Below are positions 24,197 to 36,769 of a DNA stretch of 64,000 nucleotides, piece after piece. The notes under the pieces were generated by a model. That model was not told the DNA's origin, did not search any database, and was given only the letters and a program-made list of their open reading frames with translations. Every line of letters begins with the position of its first letter. The first letter of the stretch is position 1. A program made the position numbers and the translations under genes. The stretch is from Amphiscolops sp. MND2022 (Eukaryota): the NCBI GenBank assembly GCA_964187785.1, contig OZ076409.1, forward strand, positions 49,974,001 through 50,038,000, written 5' to 3'.

Positions 24197-26164
24197 CCCA
24201 GTGATCGAAGCCATGGTACCCTGGCCAAGATCGATGGCAAGTTCCTTGCTAGCCTTGCAAAGATCTTGCCATGATCTTGGCAAGGATGCCATGCCCACGC
24301 AAGATCGTGCAAAGGCTAACTATGATTAACCATGATCTTGGCAAGGGTTACCATTAGCGAAACTTTCGGACAATTCAGAGTTCTTATTTTCAAATTCCAA
24401 CTAAAAACTTAATCAGTCCAAAAAACAGACATGTATAGGGTTGAACAGAAGAAAAACTGATACTCAAAGACATTAAATACTCAAAATGTTTTTGCTCCGA
24501 CCGTTGTAAATTTTTATTGCATTCTCGAACTTCAGTAATTAGAACCCGTTACTTCAGTAGATAAGGTAAAAGCATGATTTGCATAATTGTAAACAAATCA
24601 TAGCTAAAAAAGTTGGTTTTCACAACGATATCACAAACCCGCAAGTTGCAAAAACTTGATTGGCAGTTTGCTTTGTATGATAATTTATGATAGTACTAAC
24701 AATGCCGTGCTCTCAAGTAACAAAACTCGGTCAAAAGGTGCAGCAATTTATTGAGCAAGTTTTGGATAACGTTCAATTAAAAAACTATTTTCGATCAATA
24801 AATGTTATGTCCGAAGTTATTACAATGGCTAATTTAGAAATTGCAGACGACAAGGAATTTTTGCGAAAAGAATAAATTATGCACAATTAACACATTACAG
24901 TGCACAGGCAAACTATTTTGCTGCTTTCCGTGGAATCCGGGACACGAACATTGAGAGAAGTCGTGGGTTCCAGGAAAAAATATCTCTATGATGTTGAGCG
25001 TGTCTTGGATTCCACGACAGTGCTTGTCCTGGATTCCACGCCAATACTGCTGCTATAATGACGCTTTTGCCGCTGCTCTCTGATTGGTCCGCTGACTTTG
25101 AGTGATCATTATTGGAAAGGCAAAAGAACTTTTATTATCAATGGAAATTGTGTATCAATGGAAATTGTTTGGATGGAAATTGTTTTATATCAATGGAAAT
25201 TGTTTTGATTAACACGAAAAATCCCAAAGTACGAATAGAGATACCCATCACTTCATTGGTACCAAAATTGCAGCATGTCATCAAAAAATGGCAGATTGTG
25301 ATGATCTGGCATTTGTTCAAAACTGGTACAGAACTGAAAAATACGAATATTTGTGTGATATAATATTCATTTTGCATAATTCTTATTGGAAAGGCAAAAG
25401 AATATGAATTAAATCAATTTTATATCAATGGAAATTGTTTTGATTAACACGAAAAATCCCAAGTTACGAATAGAGATACTCATGACTGGTACCAAACTTG
25501 CAGCATGTCATCAAACAATGGCAGATTGTTATGATCTGGTAGTTTGTTCAAAACTGGACTAAACTTCGAAAATTACGAATATTCGTGTGATATTGGTGTG
25601 TTTGTCTGAATCATTTTGAGTGAATATACGAAAAGTAGTGACTAATATTGTGTTTGTTCAGTCATCCACTTGAATTTAATTCAAGAAGAGATGCCGCGAT
25701 TCGCGTCAAGAACAAACTCGTGGAGTCCAGGAAATTTATGATTTCTGCAATCTGAGTGGTTCATTTAGCAAAACTTACAATTTTGTAGAATCCGGAACAC
25801 AGCGGCATGCCGACAGTGCGCACAGCTAAGCTATTGTTACTGGAATCCACGACGAAATCGACGACGAATCCACGACGAAATAATTTGCCAATTTTGCACG
25901 GTCAAAGGTATGGTCTTGGAATCCGAAGTATTGAAAGCACAAAGTTGCGCTTTGAGCAAATTAAGCTTGCCTATGCATTCTAATGTACCAACCATGTCTT
26001 ATCCTGGTTATCTTGTCAAGATATTGCCATTATCTTGCCATGATCCTGACGAGCGTTCCATGTATCCTGATTTGCCATGATCTTGACAAGGGTACCATGT
26101 TTAACCATGATTTAGCAAGGTTTACCATGATCATGGCAAGTGTTCCATGGTTTCGAACACTGGG
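24197..26164. mobile_element. CMC/EnSpm-like non-autonomous element
   Basis: TIR CCCAGTG.TCGAA.CCATGG, 2-bp TSD AA, CAAGATC(T/A)TG subterminal repeats. Its core is shared, inverted, with 58020-58877. Confidence 0.8.
24898..25980. mobile_element. Tc1/mariner/pogo-like MITE nested in the CMC element
   Basis: TA|CAGTGCACAGGCAA...TTGCCTATGCATTC|TA, GGAATCC repeats, and an internal tandem duplication (25108-25361 / 25384-25592). Confidence 0.75.
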
Positions 26165-26459
26165 AACTGAAGTGAATGGAGATCGTGGAGGGTTATCAGA
26201 ATTGGTAAAAAACGCAACACAGATTGTGATATTCCTCCCCCATCCACAAATAAATTTGTGGGGTCGGAAAGTAAAGAACTGCGTTTTAGTTCAGAGATAG
26301 CGAAGGTCTAAAATTGAAAGAAACGCACAATGCATTTCTAGTGAAAATAAAAGCAATTTTTCCAAGGCAAAAAACGGACCCCTTTTGGTTCTTTCGGTAC
26401 TGTGAAAATGAAAATGTTTTCAAAAGAAAATCCTTGACACTTTTCCAGTACTTTTTCTC

Positions 26460-27343
26460 TTTTTAGTCAACGCATTTTCCCTCCTTGATTAAAAAAGCTT
26501 GACTAGCTTTTGTTGTCAGTCTCACTCTGAATTGTCGACTTTTTGTGCAATTTGTGGTGCACTTTTACCGTAACTACACAGCACAGAACGTTTTCAAAGC
26601 CTCTTACATAAAATACAAAATTTTTCCAAAGCAGAAGGGTTCCCCCTTTCATTTTTTTGGCACTTTGAGATTTCACGTTTTTTGGCTTCATGAGATTTTC
26701 CGAAACTTTATAAATGTCTCCAAAGTTCGCCCTTTCATTTTTTTTTGATATTTTCCAACACAACGGATGCTAAAAATCCCGGAAGAACTCCTTTTTTTAG
26801 ACCATGAGACTGTTTCAAAATTTTCATTTTTCGTCTGGAATTAGGTTTCCACCAAAAAGTTTTTTTCAAGGCCATCGAAATTTTTGACTTTGTATCCGAA
26901 GTAAGTTGAATTTCACTGAAGAGGAGGACAGGTTCGGAAATTTGCGCTATATCAGAATTTTTGTCGTTATATCTGAACTGTATTGCGTTTCACAAAGGAG
27001 GAGTCGAATGTTCGGAACCTGCTCCCCATTTGTTGCTACATTCTAATTAAACTTAGATGCGAGATCTCCAAATGTCTTCCCTTGCATTTCTTAATATTTT
27101 ACAAGAAAGCGGATGTTAAAAAACATTGAACGGTCCCCCTTTACATTTTTCGGCACTATGAGTAATTTCTGTCTGATATTAAATTTCCTCAATAGATATC
27201 CACTAATACTGTTTAATCCACTACCCGGATTTTTGACGTAATATCCAAAGTAAAGCGCTGTATCCGAATTTTTGACCTTCCATCCGAACTATATTGCGTT
27301 TCACTAAGGACCGGGGTGTTGACTTATGCCGTTTCCGGTTTGT
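26460..27343 (+). mobile_element. HINE-like element with internal tandem array
   Basis: Degenerate TTTTAGTC(GG)CGC start, AAGGGTCCCCC-type core, and a degenerate 3' subTIR plus stem-loop. Confidence 0.55.
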
Positions 27344-28861
27344 ATTGTTTTCGAGGGTTTCAGTATTCACAGAGTTCAACGACAAAACAGTTAGCCTCGT
27401 AGCATACATGTTCAATGTATACCTTGTATGGAGACTTCTGAACTTTTAAAAAGACTGTGACCGAATAGAACAAAAATACGAAAACATGTATAGTTTTTTT
27501 CTGAATTTTGTGTGAAAAGTTTCTCCCTTGTCGACTATGTTTGAGCCCCAAAATTTGTTCAGCAAGTATTGTTTATGATAGAAAATGTGATATAAACACA
27601 GTGTTTCCTACGGGATTTTTGATCGCTGTTTCCTTCTATTTATGGAAACGTAGAGAGGAAGAGAATGAAAACAATTCCCCGTTTTTCCTTCCTTCTTTGC
27701 ATAACTGTTGTGACTGCAGGCAAGATGCTGCAGAACCATTTAAAATTGTAAATTGTAAATTAACAATCGAGTCAAGAAAGATGGTTCAGTTTAGCGCGTG
27801 TTTTGCAGAAGAGATTGTAACGATATCCTCTTTTACATGACTTCATTGTTGAAGATTGTTTAAATTCAATGATCGAGGTGGCAGAGTAACACGTCAGATT
27901 GCTCTTCTTCCAGTTTCCCTCATGTTACCATAAAAAATTAAAAGCACGCCCTGGTATCGGCAACGAAACCCTGGTGTTGTACGCAAAAGGTCGTAAGCGA
28001 CACGTCCTGGCGGCACATATATACGACTACAGCTGGAGGACTGGAAATCGCTTCGGGAACACTGCCCTTTTATTGAGAACGAAAACTTATTATGTATTTG
28101 GATAAAACGAGAATTTTTCATAGTTTTTTTCATTATTTGTTGCAATTACTTAATTCACATTAGTCTGCTAACGTTGTTCCGTCAAATATTTAAATTGAAA
28201 ATTGCAGGCGCTAAATTGCAATAGGCAATTAGAAGCTAGCTAAACAAAGAAACGGAAACGAGTTTAAATGCGCTAACGCGCTTTTACGGTGATTTACTCA
28301 ATACCAGGCTATTAGCCAACCAGAGTTATTTTCTTCAGGTGTTGCTATCGTGCTGCACTATAAGTTCCCGGATAAAACTGTTTGGCTAAACTCTACTTGT
28401 GCAGTAATTAAGTCAAGCAAATAGCCGGTTCGAGTTAAATAAGCAATTGGAAGTACAAGTATTACTAGTATGTTAACAATGTCCTTCTTATACGTGTAAA
28501 TTACCTGAATCTTCTATTTATACCCTTAAGCTGATAGTTGTTGTTGTTCCAGATGTTTGTTGTTCGCCTAGATTGAAGTTATAACTACCAGTCTTTGAGC
28601 CGGTCCATGCCAAAAATCCGGGAATGATTATTAGTCAGACGGCCATACTAGGTCATTTTGAAAATAGTTTGATAACATGAAATTGGTGGCTTGATTTAGT
28701 TGTATGACCCATTAAAGAACGTGCCTGAGTGCACTTAATACATTTTTGTCTTGCTTTGAAATTCCTCCGATGTTTTGATGTAAACTGTTGTTTAAAGTCA
28801 AGCATCGTTTCTAGAATATTGGTATTAACGGAATGTTCATTCTTTAGTTTACTGATATATA

Positions 28862-29253
28862 AACAAGCCGGGAACGGCCCAAGTCGGCGCCATATCCAAG
28901 GCTCAAAAATAGCAAAAAGACTTCAAATTTCCAAGTATTGGTGAATTGGGAACACTTTTACGAAAAAAAAAGTTTTTCGAAAAAAGTCTCACAATGCCGA
29001 AAAAAACTGAAAGGGAGGAAATAGTTACTCGTCCGGTATTGTTTGTTACGCGGGAAACCTTTTTGGTTCAGTTCCTTGGGCCACCAAGTACATTTTGGCG
29101 TCTTCTGTAAATTTTGTAGAACTTTTGGTAGAACTATTTTGGTCAGTTCTTTGGTCTTAAAAAAAACACTGGCTATTTTGGTCTTGAAAAAAACACTGAC
29201 GAAAAGCAATGACTATAGTCGACTCTTTTCTTAAGAAAAGCGCCGACTAAAAA
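28862..29253 (-). mobile_element. HINE-like element
   Basis: AACAAGCCGGGAACGGCCCAAGTCGGCGC ... AGTCGGACTCTTTTCTTAAGAAAAGCGCCGACTAAAA. Confidence 0.75.
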
Positions 29254-29400
29254 TGTGAGTGTCACGCTGACGAAAGTATACATAGCCCTAACTCTCTAAA
29301 GTAGACACAATTTTTCCCAACTCGATTAGCGTTCACACTTCTACTAAAATTATATTTTCCGACTGAGTTTAAACATTGCAAACCGGCTGATTTTAATGCC

Positions 29401-32400
29401 TGTTACAAGAAAGCAGAAGAACAAGGATAAAAGGTCTAGAGACATTACGATACATATGCCGCATCGAACTAGCAAGATCTTGCTAGTTCGATTAACAGCC
29501 AATAAAAACGCGTCATTATTTCAAAAACGCGTTACGTGTTTTGCTCGTTACACGGTGTGATTTGGAATGTACACTACGCACTGTACACTGTACACTAGTG
29601 AACTTTACACTATTCACTGTTTGACTAAAATACGGTTCGCTCTCGTTTTACGGAAAATACACTTTACACTTGATGATAAACTCCTTTGTTGCGGCATATG
29701 TATCGTATTGGAAGCATACATGATCTCAGATCTAGAAAATCTGGATGCAATGATAGGGAGTAGCCATTACGAAAGAAGGATTAGCGAATTTGATATTTCA
29801 GTCAGATGGTCTGAAAGTGCTAACGTAAAAGGCCATTAACGAGGCTTCAAATGGGCAACTTTTGCCTCAAATCCAAACTTTTTCAGGTCCATAATTGAAC
29901 AGCCGGCCCAAAGTGGAATCTTCCTGGTGAGGGACCGGAACGAAAATCTGAAAATGCCTTCAACCGCAATGTCAGAAGCAGTTCTAGAGATGAGTCCCTC
30001 AGAAACTTGAATCGTGATGAAATTGAGGACTCTACACATCACATGGTGGCAGGATACAAGGAAGCTCCAAATTCGGTTTCCGAGTTTCTCACAGGACGCT
30101 TACTTTTGCGAACCGCACTGAATTAAATCAATTCTGATTATACCGATTCACTTGACACGACACTAGCCACGCCAAAACAAACCGCTCCAATGACCGCACA
30201 TGACCCAAAACACATACTAGCCAATATAATATACTGACCAGGAAATCGCCTCGCAACTCAACAACTACTCACTATCCGCGCAGTCAACACTACTACCGTG
30301 AATTTTGACGGAAAGAGTGAAAAAATTGAGTTGTTTGAAGATCTTTTCTACACTATGATTAAAATGCAACAGGAAAAGTCTGAACAAATGAAGCTCAACG
30401 ATTTCCACTTATTTCTTCAAAAAAATGCACTCCAAACCTTTCGTTACATCAACAACATCAATAGCCAAACGCTTGAGGACGAATTAGACATCTGCAGACG
30501 AAATTGCCTCAAACGTGAATCACAAGCGTCTGCCATACACAAAGAATCTTTGATCCCAACACGATAGAATTCTCGATTTCTTCAAGTTAAACCAAGGAGC
30601 CGAAAAGGCATTTGGAGAGAACGCTCAGAGCATGATCGAGAGCCCCATATAAGCAAAACTGCCTACAAAATTCGAAAGATCAGTCAATTTGGAGATACTT
30701 GAGGACGGCCCATACAACGAAATTGTAGCCCACCCATGCAAACCAAAAAATCTACTGTCCAATGGACTATTGACTGACGTCGCCTGCAAAAAAATAATTT
30801 GGTAAAAAACTGTAGAAAATCCGATATGAAAAAAGAAAGGAATGTCCAGAAAAGCAAACTGACTCAGAAGATATTTTACCCTGAGTGTGGAACTTGTGGC
30901 AAGGCAAACCACCCTGGGGAACGATGTTGGAAAGATGCCGCTGCAGATCTGAAGCCGAAACGCACCAGACCCGACGACACAACGGACACAACCCCTGAGT
31001 CCGATGCACCGAAAGCTAATCAAACAACAACATCGACCACCACTCAGTCCACATCAAGCAAAGCCAAGTCAAAAACTAACATCGCCATGACCCCAACACC
31101 ACAATCTAGAATCAGTCAGACAAAACGTCAGATTGGAACCTCGAACCAGAACCTGCTACGAAAAGGAACCACAAATGATGGCCATCATTCTGTTGTCTGG
31201 CAGCAACAGATGGAAATAGCATCACTCATCACATATAGCAACACCCATCTCTTTCAGAAACCAATTCTTATTTTGGACCCAATTTACACCACAAACTTTC
31301 CAATTTCCTTTATTGATGATTACAATCCTCACTATACTGATCCCGACTATGCAGCTAAAGACCACTGATCACTGATACTCCATTGTCCTTGTTCCCATAC
31401 TCAACCCAATTGAAGCCACCAGTACACCAAAGAACTGATTCACAATCAGGACAAATTCCTCATTATACCCTAAAAATTCAGTCACTGGCGTTTTTAAACA
31501 AAATGACCTCTTGCACGAAGAAGTTGACAATACCCTCTGTCAAACATTAGTCAGCCTAAACGACTGGAACATTCATATACCAATCAAAAACGTGAATTTT
31601 CACCCTCACGAACCCAAGAAAGGATCCCATTTTGCCAACTTTTCCGTCATGACGCCGAAACAAATGAAGTACGTAAAACCGGTTGATCCAACGTCAACAT
31701 GGCATCTACTACAGAGCGACCTGGAACAAGCTGCTCACTACGTTAGCAGCCTAATAAAGGCAAACAAAAACATAGAAAAGTCCGAAACTTTTTGGTTTCC
31801 TTCTCCAGAAAACCAAGGAAACCCCGACGAAGACACGCCCACACAACGACGAATTTTACGGAACTGCCAGCCTTACAGGACCTGGAGACCCTCGACTCCA
31901 CAACGGACGTGGAGTTCTTCAAAAATTTCGACGGAAAAAACTCCACGCTCGCACCTGACGCGATTGCACGAATCGAGGAAGTACTAGTGGAATTCCATGA
32001 CATCTTTGTTAGACACAGATTGAACATTGCTTGGAATGTCGATTTCAAAATCAAATATACGCCTAAGGACGATTTCCCAGCTTACAGTAAGCCTTCCAGC
32101 ACCAATTAACCTCGAGGAGAACATATTAGTCGAACTAGCATTACAACACCATTTTGGGATTATTACCACAATGCCATTCTCGAATCTGCCAGCCCAATAT
32201 TAGCGCGAAAAAAAGCCAAATGGAAAACTCCGAATATTAGTCCAAATTAGATTTTTCGAAAAACCAATAACGTAATGTCGGATGATTATATCAACAATAT
32301 TGACCCTGTCAGTACGTTACCAGACGGTGCCCAAATTATGGCTGGCAAAAAACGCTTCTGCACATTGGGTTGTTCGCAGGCGTACCACTGCCTACAGATG

Positions 32401-33856
32401 GCTGACCAGAAATCAATAGATCTGCTGTCATCCAACTTTGCTATTCGCACATTTGCGTAAAGACATTTGGCCCAAGACCTTAGCAGGGCTTTTTCCGCAT
32501 TCTCCTGCTTTGTGAGGGCGTACCTTGACAAAGTCATTAAAGGGGACAAGTGTGCCCAGTATATGGACGACATCGGCATTGCAGCCAACGATGCCGACCA
32601 CCTCATATCAAATTTCAGAGCCATTTCCAAGTGCATCCAGAAACATGCCTTAAACTTACAATGCAAAAGTGTCTTTTTGATGCAACAGAAAATGACTTCC
32701 ACGGGAAAACGATAACCCCCAAGGCGGTAAACCTCAGAAACGTTCAATGTCTCCTTGAAAAAACCGATTTTCTGAAGTCAAAAAAAGCTCGCACTTCTAT
32801 TAGGAATTTCAAAATTACTATCGAAGTTACGTCCCAAGACTATCCGAACGCCAAGACCCCTCTACAAGATGCTCAAAAGTGACGAAAAAGTCTTGGTGTC
32901 TAAAAAAGTGGTTCAACAATTTGAGGGAATTCAACAAAGCACTCGACAAAAGCTGCGAGCTAGCCCTACAACGGCCTCTAACTATTGAGCAAATTGCCCT
33001 GATGACGGTTGGGATACGCCCTCCTCGTTGAAAATGATCCACACCGAAAATTCACTTCGCTTCGCAAATCATAAGCTTCGTTAGCCTATGGCTCAAAAGT
33101 GTTAACCCGAACCCAAATCAAGATGTCCATGTACGCATAATTCAAAGCGATATAATTTGCATTAAAAAAACTTGGACACATCTTCGGAGGAGCGCTTAAG
33201 CTGGTCATTATTCTTACTGACAACAAAGATGTTACACAGTTTTTCCGAACGAAAATCGTTCCCCCTTCCCAGTGGCAACCTTGCGACTATGTAATCCAGT
33301 TCATTTATGTCATTGCCCACAACCGAGGAGCCCAAAAAACAGCAGCAGATTACCTCTCCCGTCGTGGGGCTAATACCAAAGATAAAATAGTTCTGAAAGT
33401 CCGTGAAGATGTGCAAACCTTGCCAATGTAAAACAAAGTTCAATCAGCTGGAGTTACGGAAGAAGACCAAATCTTCTTACTATTGAGGGCGACGAAACTG
33501 AGGAACAACATTGGGAGAGGAAAGAAGAAGCAAGGCACCACCCCGCCATCACAGAACCCACAATAACAATACAAACAGTTGCCACCAACATAACAAAACA
33601 GCAACCTGAAATACACGTCCACCCAAACAAAACAAACCAAATAGTGATTGAACACTTTAAGGTTGCAGTACTACAAGAACTGATAGCCAAAATCTGTCAT
33701 GAATAATATTCACGATACGTACTGCAACAGCATGCGCGGTACCAGCACTACGCAAACAATTTAGAACTTATCGTGGTCGAAGGAGACAATTTGACTCAAC
33801 AATATTTTGACGGAACAGGGCACGTGAAGTTCCACCAGATACGTCTCCCACAACAT
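29401..33856 (+). mobile_element. Gypsy element E2a, 5' part (putative LTR 29401-30043, PBS 30044, gag, RT, RNase H), decayed
   Basis: TGTTACA start (boundary uncertain); ..CA|TGGTGGCAGGA; FDGKSEKIELFEDLF; CGTCGKANHPGERC zinc knuckle; AQYMDDIG; AADYLSR. Confidence 0.85.
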
Positions 33857-36769
33857 GAAGTCAAGGAAAAAGAATCGCTCTTAGTAGAATTCCACGCCAT
33901 ATTTGCCAGTCACAGATCTGAAATTGGACTGAAAGGGGAATTCACGATCAAACTGACACCGAAGGATGATTCACCAGCATACAGCTAAAACCTACGAACC
34001 CCAGTCAATTAAAAAAAGGACCACTTAGTCGAACTGGCATCACTCCACAAGTATGGCATAATTACAACACTACCATTTTTAAAACATGCTAGTCCTATGT
34101 TTGCACAGTAAAAACCTAACGGGAAACTAAGACTATTGGTCGACCAGAGGAAACTTAACAACCTCGTCTCTGATGATGACAACAACAATATTCATCCAGT
34201 AAACACCCTAACTGTCACGGCGCAACACTTGGCAGACAAAAAACTGTTCGGCAAGCTCCATTGTTCGCAGCCCTGCCATTGTCTCCATATGGCAGACCAA
34301 TATCAATCGAAAGGCTTGCTTTCACTTTTGCGAGCAGAACCTTCACATACAGGAGACTTGCCCAAGCTCTCAGTAGATCCTTATTGGCCTTTTCAAGTTT
34401 TGTGTGCGAATATCTAGACAAAGTCATTAAAACAGACGAATGCGCGCAGTATGTTGACGATATATTCAAAGCCGCCAACGACGACGACCATCTACTTAAA
34501 AATCTTCGAGCAACATTTGAGGGCATCCGCAAAGCTGGATTGAAATTAACAATGCACAAATATCATTTTGGACCAACCGAAATAGATTCTCGGGAAGGAC
34601 AATCACCCCTGAAGGATTGAATTAACAGAAAAAACGGATACTGCTTTCTTAGTGAAAATGAAATTCCGAAAATCTAAAAAGGCCCTACAAAGATATCTGG
34701 GTTTCCTGAAATACTACAGGAATTTTATCCCAAGATTATCAGAGAAAAAGCTCAACTTTCCTAATTTTTCAAAAAAGACGAGAAAGTCTTAATCACAACC
34801 GAGCTAGTACAACAATTTAATGAAATCAATCGAGATTCAGACAAATGCAGTCAACTGGCATTAAAACAACCGTAACCGAATACCCAGCTGGTCCTAATGA
34901 CAGAGGCAGTTTTACGACAGCTGGATACGCAATCCTCACGGAAGTTGGCCCTAATCAGAAATTCACCTCTGTCAGAAAATCATACGCTCCAATAGCCTAC
35001 GGATCGAAAACCTTTACACCCTTGCAGATGAAAAAGTCGATTTATGCCAAGGAGCTATTTTCTTAGCTATTCTTCGCTATCTTCTTCGCTTCCAACGAAT
35101 TTGGACATATATTCTGGGGGACGCCCAGGCTGATCACTATCCTCACGGACAACAAATCTTTAACCAGATTCTTCCAGAAAAAGATAGTATCTCCAGCACC
35201 TTGGAACGCTTGTGATAGCGTTATTCAATTCAACTTTGCTATATCGAACTTTTTGGGAAAAACAACATCGCAGCTGACTACTTGTTCCGAATTGAAATGA
35301 ATCTTAAAGTGAAACTGGTCATAACAATCCACGCGGACGTAAATCGTCTTTACCAAAGAGGACGATGAGACAGAAGAAGAAATTTGGGAACGCAAAATGT
35401 AACGGCTGCTTGATCCCTTCAGTTGACCAAACTTTACGCCGCCTTGAATTCGGTGCTCGGCACTGCGGATCGTTACCGAACACTGCTCACGACAAACGGC
35501 CATGAATATGGCCTCAAGGGAATATCGTCGTCAAGGGCATAAATAATTGCAGCTAGCTATTTCCCTAATTACAACACAACTTACTTTTCAAGTATTGGTT
35601 GCGAACCAAGCAAAATCTTTCACGGGCGATCCCCTTATAACTTCCTAGATCGCAAACAAGGAATCAACCCAAATCGAGAATTTTCCTTTTTTACGGAGTT
35701 TGCGGGAGGAATTACAGCAAAGGACGCACATCTTAATTGACAAAACCAAAAAATATGTAATGCAGTCATATTTGAAACACAAACAATTTTGCGACCAAAA
35801 AGCCAAAGCATCCCCTCTGCATGAAAAAAATTTCTGTTTCATTTTGCAACCGGAAGCAGATAATCAAGGCTCAAAAACACTGTCCAGGGACTATCGTTGG
35901 GATGGACCATACGTAATTGAAAAGATATTGCCTATGACGTTTAAAACGTCCGGCGTTTAAACACAAATAAAACGCAAATACTACACCAACTCAGACTGAA
36001 AACACTTGTCCCAAATACACCCTTAGAGGACAATTATTCCAAAGAGAAATCACAGCCTGATGATGAAAGAGTTATACCGCAAGAAGACTTATATACCCTT
36101 TCATGGAAAGCTGACTTCGACTACCAAATAATTTTGCCGAGACAAGACGATGAGCCGAATGAAGCAGCTCAATCTCCAGCGATAACACGGTAATGCCGAA
36201 GCCGGCCACCAGCCACGACGGAAAAAATTCACGAGACGAAAACGACGTCAACGAACATACAGCGAGTGAAGAGGAGCGAGATGAAAATAAAAAGCCCCGT
36301 ACGGCTGACCGACAAGATAATCCAAGTGGAGACAATACGTTCCTAACTCGAAAAATAGTGCAAACGACGACTCCAATGAAAATTTGGACACAGGAAATTT
36401 GGGGCTAAAAGGGGCTAAAAGGGTCCAAAAGGGGCCTAAATATTACCGTCACCTGAATATCAAAAAAGGAAATGACAGAGGAAAAAACTGATGAAACAGC
36501 TAGCCCTAGGGAAGAGAAATATAACCTTCGAACTACTTCACACCCAACTTCACTGTTGAATGCAGGTACTAGTAAGAACAGTAAATTACAATCCCCTCTC
36601 TTTCATGACCTGAAACGGCTTGTATGTCAGCAGCACTACTTTGACTATGGGACAAATAACATGAAACAAAAGAATAAATACAAACAGAAAACAATGAGTT
36701 TACAAATACACAACTACAAACAGAAGGTAGAGCAAATTTCAATTAGTCTTTACAAGGTTCAATTAGTCC

